Virus record (IMG/VR): IMGVR_UViG_3300027956_000018
Span: 1-42,283 of that record
Length of the DNA: 42,283 nt
Reading direction: 5' to 3' (one strand)
Origin: a virus
Lineage: Duplodnaviria > Caudoviricetes
Shown: positions 9,234 to 18,331 of the stretch, piece by piece
Layout of the letters: the number at the start of each line of letters is the position of its first letter
Numbering within the stretch: position 1 is the stretch's first letter
Made by a program: the position numbers and the translations under genes
The notes under the pieces: generated by a model
What the model was told of the DNA's origin: nothing
The model's database searches: none
What the model saw: the letters and a program-made list of their open reading frames with translations, nothing else

Positions 9234-9862
9234 TGTTCCCCCTTTTTCTGTTCGTCTGTTTTCATGATCTTCGCAATCTTTAGGATCTCCATGTCGCCGA
9301 CGACGCGGCGGCGAAGACGTTGAACGATTTCGCGCGTTACCTGAATATCTGATTTCGGATCGTGCGGGATATGGTCGATCCCCAGGGCGCGCGCGATCGT
9401 TTCAAGTTTATAGTCGGGTAACTTGTAGATCCCCAGATAGTCAATGAAAGAAAAAATATACCTGGGATCAATCGGTCGGCGCCGGTCGATATAAGATCCG
9501 ATCCCGTATTTGTCGCCGTTCTTCCTGAAGAAGGCGTCCATAAAGTCGACGTCAAAGTTCACGTTAAACCCGGCCGGAATGAATTTATCTTCGCGATCCA
9601 TTTTGTCGACGAATCGATCGAATAGGTCGACAATCATTCCGAAGGCGTCTTCGGCCGGAACGAAGGTCGCCAAAACCGCATGAGTGATCCCGTTTATTTT
9701 CAGGGCTTCGTCTTCGACGACGTCGTTCTGGAAAGGCTGAATGTTAAAGACGGCTTCCTGGACGACTTCGCCCTTGACTTCGATAATAACGGCCAGGCGG
9801 ATCAGGGCGTTCTTCCTGGGATCAAGGCCGGTCGTTTCCGTGTCAAAATACAGGACTTTCAT
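9179..9862 (-). CDS. DEDDh 3'-5' exonuclease (DnaQ-like)
   Basis: ExoI YFDTETTG, ExoII GFNVNFD, ExoIII HDPKSD. Confidence 0.9.
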   Translation of the reverse strand: MKVLYFDTETTGLDPRKNALIRLAVIIEVKGEVVQEAVFNIQPFQNDVVEDEALKINGITHAVLATFVPAEDAFGMIVDLFDRFVDKMDREDKFIPAGFNVNFDVDFMDAFFRKNGDKYGIGSYIDRRRPIDPRYIFSFIDYLGIYKLPDYKLETIARALGIDHIPHDPKSDIQVTREIVQRLRRRVVGDMEILKIAKIMKTDEQKKGEQCPTDKVNQPAPFGSGNR

Positions 9863-10155
9863 AATCGATCCCCTGGGTTCGGCATGGCCCGAAGGACGAC
9901 GGAAGCCTGAAGCGTGTCGCCCGGCTTCGTAACGATCAGGAAGCCCCCGTCGGAAGCCGGGGATCCGGCCGGAAGGATAAGGTTTGAAATCCCGACCCTG
10001 AAAAGAACCGTCCCGCCGTCGGGCAAGGCCTTCCAGAGAGAAACGATCGCTTCTTCGATCGCGGCCAGGCGCGCGTTTATTTCATTGCGCGCGGCCTGTT
10101 CGTTTCCGTTCCGTGAATTCTCATATCCAAAGAAACGATAGATTTCAGCCTTCAT
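9859..10155 (-). CDS. Hypothetical protein
   Basis: Coupled ORF. Confidence 0.6.
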   Translation of the reverse strand: MKAEIYRFFGYENSRNGNEQAARNEINARLAAIEEAIVSLWKALPDGGTVLFRVGISNLILPAGSPASDGGFLIVTKPGDTLQASVVLRAMPNPGDRL

Positions 10156-10462
10156 TTTTATTTTCCCCTTGAAACATACTTAATTGTTGATCTTTTTCAA
10201 TCTGTTTTATGGCTTCCTTCCAGACCGCGACCCCTTCCCCGAACCGCTTCGGAAAGATCCCCAGGGTATTTTGAACATACCGACGGATCCGCGTGATCGA
10301 TTCGAAGGTATAATCTTCCTTCCCGTTGTATAGCTTCGCGAAGGCCTTCAGAAAGTCGTCGTTCGACAGATCCCGCGTGACCGGGAAGTCTTTCAAGATC
10401 GTCGCGATCAGGCGGTTTAACTTCGTCAGTTTTTCGTAAATCTGTCTTTCCCTGTCATTCAT
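10145..10462 (-). CDS. Hypothetical protein
   Basis: Strong TCGAAAGGA SD; FESITRIRR motif of a kind seen in small phage proteins. Confidence 0.7.
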   Translation of the reverse strand: MNDRERQIYEKLTKLNRLIATILKDFPVTRDLSNDDFLKAFAKLYNGKEDYTFESITRIRRYVQNTLGIFPKRFGEGVAVWKEAIKQIEKDQQLSMFQGENKNEG

Positions 10463-10537
10463 TTTTGAATTTCCTTTCGAAGATAAAGCCGGGCGGCCCG
10501 TCGCCCCTTCATTAACGACAGGCGCCCGGCCCGGCGA

Positions 10538-10699
10538 TTATCGCCGAAGTTCTTTCAGTTCGACGTTCGTCGAAACTTCGACCCCGTCGACCTTGACCGG
10601 GATCGAAACCGATTCGGGAACTTCGACCGTTTCGACGACTTCGAAGAAATAGGATTTCTTCTTCGGCGCCTGAAGTCCGCCTTCTTTTTCGTTCGCCAT
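10538..10699 (-). CDS. Small hypothetical protein (53 aa)
   Basis: Hand translation MANEKEGGLQAPKKKSYFFEVVETVEVPESVSIPVKVDG...; SD AGGAAGGG. Confidence 0.6.
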   Translation of the reverse strand: MANEKEGGLQAPKKKSYFFEVVETVEVPESVSIPVKVDGVEVSTNVELKELRR

Positions 10700-10702
10700 T
10701 TT

Positions 10703-11020
10703 TTAGCCCTTCCTTTTTGAGTTTATGGTTTCTTCCCCGGCGGCCGCCGTTTCGATTATCGAAACGCGATCTTCGTGGGAAAGGTCTGTCATTGAACGAA
10801 TATCAACCCCAGACTGGGAAAGAAGCGCCAGGACTTTGAACGAAGGATAGACCTTCCCCTTCGTTAAGTGGTTGTAATGTTCCGGCGTGATCCCCAGGCG
10901 CGCGGCGAATTCAGTCTTCGTCGACTTCATTGAAAGCCGGATCGCTTCAATCATGTCGGCGACTTCGGCCTTCGATTTAATGTAACGGATCGCGCCTTCC
11001 GTGTCGATCATTTTAGGCAT
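10703..11020 (-). CDS. XRE-family helix-turn-helix regulator
   Basis: TKTEFAARLGITPEHYNHLTKGKVYPS matches the XRE HTH pattern. Confidence 0.8.
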   Translation of the reverse strand: MPKMIDTEGAIRYIKSKAEVADMIEAIRLSMKSTKTEFAARLGITPEHYNHLTKGKVYPSFKVLALLSQSGVDIRSMTDLSHEDRVSIIETAAAGEETINSKRKG

Positions 11021-12071
11021 TAGCGGCGGCCCCCTTTCTTTCGATTATTTCCTGAAGGTGTTTCGATTGTTCGATTATTGAAGCCTTGTCGGCGTCGTCA
11101 ATGAAGGCGATCTTCTTCCGCCAGGCGCCTTTAGCGTCGGCCTTGCCGGTAACGTGGAATTTACCGACGATCATGTTTTCGACGTTTCGACATTGCCCTT
11201 TCAAGGTTTCATTCAGATCGTCGTATTGCTTCGCGAAGTTTTCCAGAAGGAAGAACTTGTCGATCTTCGCTTCGAAGCCGGGATCGTCTTTGATCTGAAG
11301 CGGAGATCCGAAGTCGATATCGGGAAGACATAGGCCTTTGAAGTCACACCCCCGACATTCGTCGCGGTCGTTTAACCTGGGCGGAAGGATCCCTTCCGCT
11401 TCCTTTTTGTCGACAGGGAAAAGCATTTCGCCGGACGGCCCGAAGAACTTTCCGACGCATTGATTGACCCGTTTCGCCTTTTCGAAGATCGCGTCAAGAT
11501 AGGGGACGTTCGGATCAAGGTCGACGAAGAACTGAAGAAGACGGCCGTTCGCCTTGTTTTTGAAAAGAATAATCCCGGTCGGAAGCGCCTTGAAGAAACA
11601 ATAGATCAAAACCTGGGCCGGGTATTTCTTCAGCCAGGGATAAATTTCGCCCAGTTGCTCCATTGCCTTTATATAGTCTTCCGGCCCGTATTTCGCCAGG
11701 GCGTCATAAATGAAGGGCGAACAGGATTTAACTTCCAGAGGAAACAAGGCGCCTTCGACTTCGACGACCGCGTCCAGGTGTGCCGTGATATTGGTTTGAC
11801 GATCAATAAATGCGATCTGTTGTTCGATAACCTTGACCCCGGCCTTCTGAAGGTCGACCATGATCGCGCCTTCATGAAGGTTTCCTTCGTCGAAGTTTAA
11901 CTGGCGTTCGATCGTCGGGCGTTCGGCCTTGTCCCAGGCGATCCGCCGATAGACAAGCGACCTTTCACAAGGATCGCCGATCTGGGAAGCCCGGTTCGAA
12001 TGGCAGGGCGAAAGCCGGATCCCCTTCGCGCGAAGATCATATATTTGCGAAATCAGGTTCGGTCGATTCAT
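11013..12071 (-). CDS. Cas4-like / PD-(D/E)XK exonuclease with probable Fe-S cluster
   Basis: ASQIGDPC, GNLHE, HLDA, LEVKS, QVLIY and C-terminal CRGCDFKGLC (1+3 Cys arrangement). Confidence 0.82.
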   Translation of the reverse strand: MNRPNLISQIYDLRAKGIRLSPCHSNRASQIGDPCERSLVYRRIAWDKAERPTIERQLNFDEGNLHEGAIMVDLQKAGVKVIEQQIAFIDRQTNITAHLDAVVEVEGALFPLEVKSCSPFIYDALAKYGPEDYIKAMEQLGEIYPWLKKYPAQVLIYCFFKALPTGIILFKNKANGRLLQFFVDLDPNVPYLDAIFEKAKRVNQCVGKFFGPSGEMLFPVDKKEAEGILPPRLNDRDECRGCDFKGLCLPDIDFGSPLQIKDDPGFEAKIDKFFLLENFAKQYDDLNETLKGQCRNVENMIVGKFHVTGKADAKGAWRKKIAFIDDADKASIIEQSKHLQEIIERKGAAANA

Positions 12072-12118
12072 TTATTCCCCTTTTCGTTTCGGTCTGTTTT
12101 GTTGTTTCCCTATAACAC

Positions 12119-12156
12119 AAGATAACTTATTTTCGGCATTAATGCAAATAAGTTAT
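12119..12156 (-). promoter_or_regulatory. Sigma70-like promoter overlapped by a nested palindrome (candidate operator)
   Basis: TTGCAT-N17-TATCTT; inverted repeat ATAACTTATTT/AAATAAGTTAT (12122-12132, 12146-12156) around GCATTAATGC. Confidence 0.7.
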
Positions 12157-12158
12157 GG

Positions 12159-13424
12159 TTATTTTTTCAGGGCGCCGTCTTCGATAAAGAACCCGACTTT
12201 CCCGGTTTCGTCGACCCTTTCGATCCAGACCTGGAAGTCGTTCTTCTCCGTCATTTCGGAAATAATCTTCATGGAATCCGAATCAAGAAGCGATCCGTCG
12301 GTTATGCGAAGAACCCGAAGTTTCGGATTCAAGGCCATACTGATCGCCAGGCCGACGCGGATCTTCTGGGCCGAAGAAAGTTCGGGAACGGTGATCCCGT
12401 TGAACGTGACCGCTTCGGCCGTAAACCCCAGGCCTTCGATCGGAAATTTCGCGGCGTCGATCGCGGCCTTCTTCTTCGCTTCGACAGCGTCGATTTTTTG
12501 CGAAAGTTCGGTCGCCCTTTTCGACGCCTTGATGAAAGCGGCCTTCAGTTCGGCCGCCTTCGCGTTCGCTTCGACCTTCGCGTTCGTCGCTTCCGCTTCT
12601 TCGATCTGCTGACTGAAGACGGCGATCTTTGTTTCGCAATCTTCCTTTTCCTTTTCCGTCTTGATATTGACTTCGGCCTTCGCGATCGCTTCCGTTAATT
12701 TTTCCCGACGATCTTCCATATTCCGAAGGCTTTCTTCAAGGGCTTTTATTTTCGCCTTGCAATCGGCGATCAGGGTTTCGCCCTGCCTGAGTTCGATCTT
12801 CGCGTCTGAAAGTTTCGCTTCCCTGGCGGAAAGTTCGCCCTGTTTCGCCCGAACGGATTCAAGCGACTTCAGGATTTCGGAAACGACGACCTTTTCAGAA
12901 GGCGCGCCTTCGAAGGTCTTCGCGGCCGTGAAGACGGTTTCGGCCTCCTTCGCCTGTCTGTTTATGACAGTTCGTTCCGAATAGAGTTCGGCCCGTTCAA
13001 GATCGAGAGCGTCAAGATCAAGGCCGGTGAATTCAAGAAGGATTTCCCGTTGTTTTTTCGGTTCGGCATTGATGAATTGAAGCGGATCGAAGGAAATAGA
13101 TCCCATTATTTCGTCAAGAAACTTCTGGGGACTTTTCCTTTCGAACCCGTCCTTCGTTTCGATCTTCAGATATTGATTGTCCGCCGTGAAAGATCGGATG
13201 ATTGTAAAATCCCCCATGTCCAGGGAAACCCGGCCCTTTTCTTCGCCCTTCTTCAGGGTGTCTTTCCGACCGGCCCGGCCCTTCAGGGCGGCTTCGATCG
13301 CGTCCAGGACTGAAGACTTCCCGGCTTCGTTCTTCCCGGTGATCTGGACGACGTTTCCGTCGGGCGTTATTTCGACGGCCGAAAGCTTCTTGAAGTTTTC
13401 AGCCTTCAGGCTAATGATTTTCAT
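12159..13424 (-). CDS. SbcC/Rad50-like coiled-coil ATPase
   Basis: Walker A GKNEAGKSS, long coiled coil, signature LSSAQ, degenerate Walker B LRITDGSLLD. Confidence 0.85.
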   Translation of the reverse strand: MKIISLKAENFKKLSAVEITPDGNVVQITGKNEAGKSSVLDAIEAALKGRAGRKDTLKKGEEKGRVSLDMGDFTIIRSFTADNQYLKIETKDGFERKSPQKFLDEIMGSISFDPLQFINAEPKKQREILLEFTGLDLDALDLERAELYSERTVINRQAKEAETVFTAAKTFEGAPSEKVVVSEILKSLESVRAKQGELSAREAKLSDAKIELRQGETLIADCKAKIKALEESLRNMEDRREKLTEAIAKAEVNIKTEKEKEDCETKIAVFSQQIEEAEATNAKVEANAKAAELKAAFIKASKRATELSQKIDAVEAKKKAAIDAAKFPIEGLGFTAEAVTFNGITVPELSSAQKIRVGLAISMALNPKLRVLRITDGSLLDSDSMKIISEMTEKNDFQVWIERVDETGKVGFFIEDGALKK

Positions 13425-14341
13425 TTCTGGCCCCCGTTCCCCTGGGCGGCCTGGGCGTTTCCGGCGGCCTGGCCGTCTTCCTTTTCCAGGCGGTTCTTTA
13501 TCGAAGTGATCGCCTTCTTTAACATTTTCGGGGAAACCTTGTCAACGCTATAATAACCGGCGAAGGCCGTCGGCCCTTCCCCGAAGGCCGTCGCGTCCTG
13601 AAGGATCTGTTCGGGCTTCCGATCCAGGTCGTTCGCGGCCTTCGCGACAAGGTTCTTCAGTTCAAGGCGAAGCGCCTTTTCGTCGACCGTGTCGGTCGTC
13701 CCGCCCTGGCTTCCCTTCGCGAAGTCGACCTTTCCCTTCGGTTCGATCCCCAGGACTTTCAGTTCGTCCAGGGAAGGCCGAAGCTTTAAGACCATATCAA
13801 GAAGCCGGTGTTGAAGATTTGTGACGGCCTTCTTCCTGACATTTTGAATATCGACTTCGTCGTAGGAAAGGATCTTGTTTTCCCCCCTTTGACAGAAGAA
13901 CTTGTCCTTCGTCGTCCCGGTTCCGACGTTGACATGGACGCGACCCATAAAAGAGATCTTTCCGACGGCCGTAAAATATCCGACCTTGCGGCCGTCCGCT
14001 TCGTGGCGGACTTCTTCGTCCATCGAAACGTCGAAGATTGAAGCGCCGACGATCTGAAGAACGTTCTTCACACCCGTTTCCAGAAGATAGGGCTTGTCCC
14101 CGAAAAGCGCCCAGTCAGATCCGTTCGTCGCTTTTAGGGCGACGGTTTTGATTCGGTTCGTAAAAGCGACAAGGGCTTCCGCTTCGTCGACAAGGCGTTC
14201 AATGTTCGCCTTTGTAACCTTTTCCAGGGCGACGACCTGGCGCGGGGAAAGAAGCGCCGGATCCTGGAAGATATCGTCGGCGACGATCGGCATGAGTTCG
14301 GCCGCCCGGTCGGCCGCCGTTTCGTTTTTCTGTCTGGACAT
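13421..14341 (-). CDS. Putative recombination / ssDNA-annealing protein
   Basis: First gene of the ATPase + exonuclease module; size fits phage SSAPs. Family not recognised with certainty. Confidence 0.45.
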   Translation of the reverse strand: MSRQKNETAADRAAELMPIVADDIFQDPALLSPRQVVALEKVTKANIERLVDEAEALVAFTNRIKTVALKATNGSDWALFGDKPYLLETGVKNVLQIVGASIFDVSMDEEVRHEADGRKVGYFTAVGKISFMGRVHVNVGTGTTKDKFFCQRGENKILSYDEVDIQNVRKKAVTNLQHRLLDMVLKLRPSLDELKVLGIEPKGKVDFAKGSQGGTTDTVDEKALRLELKNLVAKAANDLDRKPEQILQDATAFGEGPTAFAGYYSVDKVSPKMLKKAITSIKNRLEKEDGQAAGNAQAAQGNGGQK

Positions 14342-14402
14342 GGAAGATCCTTTCGATTAAGTTTTTTGTTTCGCCGGTTTGACCCGGCCGTCCCATGAAA
14401 GA

Positions 14403-14431
14403 AGTATAATTAATTTTCGTCTTCAATGCAA
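14403..14431 (-). promoter_or_regulatory. Sigma70-like promoter, same family as the 12.1 kb promoter
   Basis: TTGCAT-N17-TATACT; shares TTATTTGCATT..CGAAAAT..TTAT with 12119-12152. Confidence 0.7.
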
Positions 14432-14511
14432 ATAATCTTTAAAGTTGCCCCGTCGCCCAGGGAGTTTTTCGGCCATACCTAATAGACAGGCCTGGGCGAC
14501 AGGACGTTTTT

Positions 14512-15423
14512 TTATAACGCCATGAGAAGGCTAAAGGCGTTTTCCTTGACGGTCTTCGCGGATCCGATCATGGACGCCCGTTCGGCGCGCGCCATGTCGT
14601 TATTAAAACGGTAATGATCCAGATATTCCGTGACCGCGTTATAGGCATCCCAGGCCGATCGGCCGAAGTTCCCCAGGCCTGAGAAGAACAGATCGAAGAC
14701 CTGGCTTCGAACCTTCTTTGTTTGCGTCGGAACTTCGATCGCGTCTTCCGTGACCCCGGCCGCGCGCGCCTTCCTGGCTTCGGGCGTATTAACCGGGAAG
14801 ACTTCGGAAATAAACCGCTTGACCGCTTCGGCGTCCATGATCTTCCGATCCAGTTCGCGCGCCAGTTCAAGCGACCTGAAAAGATAGGCGTCGACCTTCG
14901 CGTAAACCTTCAGGGCTTCCGCGATCTTCGCTTCGGCCGAAGCGACATGACGGATCGAAAGGCGACCGATTTCGGCGTCATGGCGAACCATTCCGTTCGA
15001 ACAGACGACGACGTCGAACAAAGGCGCGATCCGAAGGGCGCCGGATCCGTCGAAGCAATTCAGGATCCGAAGGCCGGTCTGGATCTGATCGCCCCGATTC
15101 CTGACAGTCCAGGATGTCGGCGTCGGAAACCGCATCGTCAAAGCGACCTTCGATCCGCCTTCCCAGGCCGTCGCCTTCTCAAAATATCCGCCGTTGTCGC
15201 GCGCCAGGACGTCGAAGAAAGAAAAGGCGGCCGTATTCTGGACGGGGAAATAGCGTTTCCCGACGACGCCCAGGATCCCGCCGTTGTCGGAACGGATCAG
15301 GGCTTTATGAGATTTGATTTCCCGGCCGTCGGCCGTCAAGATTTCCCGTTCTTCAGCCTTCCAGGCCATACCATAAGCTTCGATCGCTTCGGCGGCCCGT
15401 TCGAATTTTTGCGTCGTCGTCAT
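14512..15423 (-). CDS. DUF932 family phage/plasmid protein
   Basis: ILGVVGKRYFPVQN, NCFDGSGAL, VVCSNG, SAWDAYNAVTEYLDH. Confidence 0.85.
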   Translation of the reverse strand: MTTTQKFERAAEAIEAYGMAWKAEEREILTADGREIKSHKALIRSDNGGILGVVGKRYFPVQNTAAFSFFDVLARDNGGYFEKATAWEGGSKVALTMRFPTPTSWTVRNRGDQIQTGLRILNCFDGSGALRIAPLFDVVVCSNGMVRHDAEIGRLSIRHVASAEAKIAEALKVYAKVDAYLFRSLELARELDRKIMDAEAVKRFISEVFPVNTPEARKARAAGVTEDAIEVPTQTKKVRSQVFDLFFSGLGNFGRSAWDAYNAVTEYLDHYRFNNDMARAERASMIGSAKTVKENAFSLLMAL

Positions 15424-15447
15424 TGTTCGATCCTTTCGATTAAGGGT

Positions 15448-15672
15448 TTATTTGATGAAAACAAGATTTCCGTTTTTGAGCATGACGAACAGGCGATCGG
15501 CCGCGACCTTGACCAGATTCCCGTCGTAGATCCGCTGAAGATAGACGGCCGGATCGCGGCCGGTGTCAATTCCGTTGACCTTGTAAATGAAGGCGCCTTC
15601 GCCCCTGGACTGGAAAGTCATTCCGAACTTCATGTCCCAGATTGACGTCGGTTTCATGGTCGTCTTTTCCAT
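15448..15672 (-). CDS. Hypothetical early protein
   Basis: ORF in the early gene string. Confidence 0.65.
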   Translation of the reverse strand: MEKTTMKPTSIWDMKFGMTFQSRGEGAFIYKVNGIDTGRDPAVYLQRIYDGNLVKVAADRLFVMLKNGNLVFIK

Positions 15673-15674
15673 TG

Positions 15675-16019
15675 CTATTTCCCCGCGACTTCGCGTTCCA
15701 AAAGTTCGAAGGTTTTCTTTATAGACATTGCCGTCACGGGGACAAGAACCGTAACCCTGGAAGAAAGCGACCCGTCACCCAGAACGACGCCATTCTTCTT
15801 AACCTTCAGGCTTTTCGCCATGTCGGGATAATTTTCGACCTTGAATTCCTGATCGTCCCAGACCCTTTTAATAGTCCTGATAAAATAGACTTCCTGGACA
15901 TTGTCGACCGATTCGACGACGCCTTCGAAGTAAAAGTCGGAAGGCGTGTTTCCGTCGAAGATTCTGACCGTGTCGCCCTTCAGGACGACTTCAACCATTC
16001 GCGCGTTTTTCGTTTTCAT
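15675..16019 (-). CDS. Hypothetical early protein
   Basis: Start re-assigned to the ATG at 16019 after TCGAAAGGA. Confidence 0.65.
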   Translation of the reverse strand: MKTKNARMVEVVLKGDTVRIFDGNTPSDFYFEGVVESVDNVQEVYFIRTIKRVWDDQEFKVENYPDMAKSLKVKKNGVVLGDGSLSSRVTVLVPVTAMSIKKTFELLEREVAGK

Positions 16020-16075
16020 TTTCGTTTTTCCTTTCGAAGGTAAAGGGCGCCCCGAAGGCCAGGGCGCCCGGTGAA

Positions 16076-16462
16076 TTATGCGCCGATATTGTTGTAGTAA
16101 CCGGCGTTTCTGGCGACGATGAAAAGGGTTCCGTCTTCGATCTTCGTCCCGATCAGGGTTTCCCCGCCGACATGGAAGGAAACGCAAGAAGCGATAAAGG
16201 AACGAATTGAAGGCGCCCCGCCGACGTTCGAAGGAATGAAAGGCGCGACCCTGGAAAGGGCGACCTGGGATTGAACGGGGAATTTCCAGTTTTCTTTGTT
16301 CGCGAAAAGGTCGAAGATTTTCGCGACGACCGAATTCATGGTTCGGTATTCCCGGCCGTCGACCGCGACGGAAACGGGATAGTCTGCTTCCAGGGCTTCG
16401 GCGACCTTCGCTTCGACGTTCCGGTCGATCCGCTTCAGGGCGATTTCAAGTTCCAGGCTCAT
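16076..16462 (-). CDS. Hypothetical protein, first gene of the early operon
   Basis: Start re-assigned to the ATG at 16462 after CGAAAGGA, downstream of a strong promoter. Confidence 0.7.
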   Translation of the reverse strand: MSLELEIALKRIDRNVEAKVAEALEADYPVSVAVDGREYRTMNSVVAKIFDLFANKENWKFPVQSQVALSRVAPFIPSNVGGAPSIRSFIASCVSFHVGGETLIGTKIEDGTLFIVARNAGYYNNIGA

Positions 16463-16505
16463 TTTGATTTCCTTTCGTTTCAGGTTTCTGTCTTGCTTCC
16501 CTAAA

Positions 16506-16534
16506 AATATAACCAATAAATTTTTCAAAGTCAA
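16506..16534 (-). promoter_or_regulatory. Strong early sigma70-like promoter
   Basis: TTGACT-N17-TATATT in an AT-rich intergenic region. Confidence 0.75.
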
Positions 16535-16747
16535 GAAATATTTTGCCGTGAATGAAATTTAATTCAGGCCGAAGGCCTTAATTCAAGCGAAAAACGGCTA
16601 TATGGCGAAATCAAAGAAATTTAAGCGAAAGATATTTCGGGCGGCCGCGTAGGAAGCCCCAGGATCGGGCCGGTCAAAATCCGACATGGACGTCGGCGGG
16701 AAGGTCGATCCCCCTGGCGCCGGGCGCCTGGCGAAGCCGGTCGGCCA

Positions 16748-16793
16748 TAAAAAGGGAAAGGTCGCGGCCAGGACGGATCCCGGCGGCGACCTT
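16748..16793 (-). terminator. Putative intrinsic terminator ending the late/lysis operon
   Basis: AAGGTCGC...GCGACCTT stem followed by TCCCTTTTT, just after the holin candidate. Confidence 0.5.
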
Positions 16794-16816
16794 AAAAAGG
16801 GAACAGGGTATTTTGA

Positions 16817-17140
16817 CTATTTTCGAAAAATCGACATAACCTTCGAAGTCGTCAGGTTAAACTTCTTGATCAGATCGTGAATGACTCCGATCCCCAGGAC
16901 GCCAGACCCGACCCCGACCCCGACCTTGACCGGAACGGGAAGACTTGAAGCGACGACTTCGGGCGGAAGTTCGACGCCCGTCGGAAGGTCGACGTCGAAG
17001 AAATACTTCGCGGACGCCCAGGCGATCCCCAGGATATAGACGCCCAGTTTCGTTTTCCCCGAAAGGAAGGTCTTCAGGAAAAACGGAAGTCCTGAAGTGA
17101 TCGCGATCTTTAGAATTGCCTTTTTGTCGTCGGCGTCCAT
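16817..17140 (-). CDS. Putative holin
   Basis: Small protein with hydrophobic segments and a basic C-terminus, adjacent to the endolysin. Confidence 0.6.
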   Translation of the reverse strand: MDADDKKAILKIAITSGLPFFLKTFLSGKTKLGVYILGIAWASAKYFFDVDLPTGVELPPEVVASSLPVPVKVGVGVGSGVLGIGVIHDLIKKFNLTTSKVMSIFRK

Positions 17141-17155
17141 GCGGCCCCCTTTTTG

Positions 17156-17584
17156 TTAAATGGTTTCGAAGTGATCCAGGTCTTTGAATTTTTCTTCGGC
17201 CAGGCGGCCGTCTTTGTCCCAGTCCCCGCCCCATTTGATCGCCCGACTGATCCTTCCGGCCAGGAGAAGGCGATCGGCCGTCGCCATGACGTAACCGGCG
17301 AAATAGGCGAAGCGCGGAGCGTCCGCCCAGTCGATCGGATAAGGCGCGACGTCGACCGCTTCGACCCTTGTTCCCGGCCGCGACCCAGGCTTCAAGTTAT
17401 GCTTTGAAAATGGGAAGACAAGCTTCGACTTCCCGGCCTGGACGGCGGCGTTTTGTTCCGCTTCTTCCCGGCGGCCGCATAAGATCGAACAGTCGAAAGT
17501 TTTGACGACTTCCATGAAGACGATCTGAAGATTCAGATCGACTTCGGCCAGGCGCGAAAGTGACGTCGCGGAAAAGGAAGGCAT
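17156..17584 (-). CDS. Endolysin, M15 family (L-Ala-D-Glu peptidase-like)
   Basis: GRREEAEQ, SKHN, AVDVAP, WGGDW, DLDHFE zinc-peptidase motifs. Confidence 0.9.
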   Translation of the reverse strand: MPSFSATSLSRLAEVDLNLQIVFMEVVKTFDCSILCGRREEAEQNAAVQAGKSKLVFPFSKHNLKPGSRPGTRVEAVDVAPYPIDWADAPRFAYFAGYVMATADRLLLAGRISRAIKWGGDWDKDGRLAEEKFKDLDHFETI

Positions 17585-17587
17585 AGA

Positions 17588-18319
17588 TCAGGCCGTGAAA
17601 AAGAACCGCGTCTTTCCGCCCTTGAACAGGAAATCATAGGTTTCGGTTCCGCCGGTTCCGACCCCTGGGAACGAAGCGAAAAGAACGGCAAGAAGCGGCG
17701 TCCCGGCCGCGACGGCCGTCAGGTCGAAGGTTCCCGTCCTGAAGGTGTTTCCGTCGCCGATCGTCGCGGCCGCGATCCTTAATCCGTCGACCCGGTCGAC
17801 TTCCAGGTTCGCCCCGTTATCCCATTTCACGATCGCCAGAACGACTTCGGCCTGGGCGATCTCTTTTGGGGAAGATCCGGCGTAATTCGTCGACTTCGCG
17901 GCGAACTTATAATTAAAGGTGTTATAACGAAGCGGCTTTTTGAAATTCCATTCGGCAAGCTTGAAGGCCGGGTTCGTTCCCATTATCGTCATAATATTTA
18001 AAACATAATCCTGGAAGTCGGCGACCCAGGGCGACCCTTCGCCATAATAAACCGCTTTCGAAATCTTGAAATCATGCGGCGTCGATCCGTTCGCGTCATA
18101 AAATTCCAGGACTTCGCCAGAAAGGAATTCCGGTTGCTCGTGAATGTCGACCGACGCCTTCAGATAGCCGGTTCGGTTTCCCAGGGCGACGCCCTGTTTA
18201 TTCGCGTCCCCGGCGTTCGGATCGCTTCCCTGGACGGATCCGCGAACAAGATCCGAAGTGACGATCGACGGAACGGTCGCGGGAAAAGTTGATCCTGGGA
18301 TTGTTAGGTCTTGCGCCAT
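17588..18319 (-). CDS. Short tail fibre / baseplate-attached protein
   Basis: ANKQGVALGNRTGYLK resembles the N-terminal motif of myovirus tail fibres; follows the gpI-like gene. Confidence 0.6.
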   Translation of the reverse strand: MAQDLTIPGSTFPATVPSIVTSDLVRGSVQGSDPNAGDANKQGVALGNRTGYLKASVDIHEQPEFLSGEVLEFYDANGSTPHDFKISKAVYYGEGSPWVADFQDYVLNIMTIMGTNPAFKLAEWNFKKPLRYNTFNYKFAAKSTNYAGSSPKEIAQAEVVLAIVKWDNGANLEVDRVDGLRIAAATIGDGNTFRTGTFDLTAVAAGTPLLAVLFASFPGVGTGGTETYDFLFKGGKTRFFFTA

Positions 18320-18331
18320 GACGGCCCCCTT

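Noticed and set aside
11013-12071. CRISPR-Cas locus suggested by the Cas4-like gene
   Set aside because: No repeat-spacer array or other cas genes are visible in the window.
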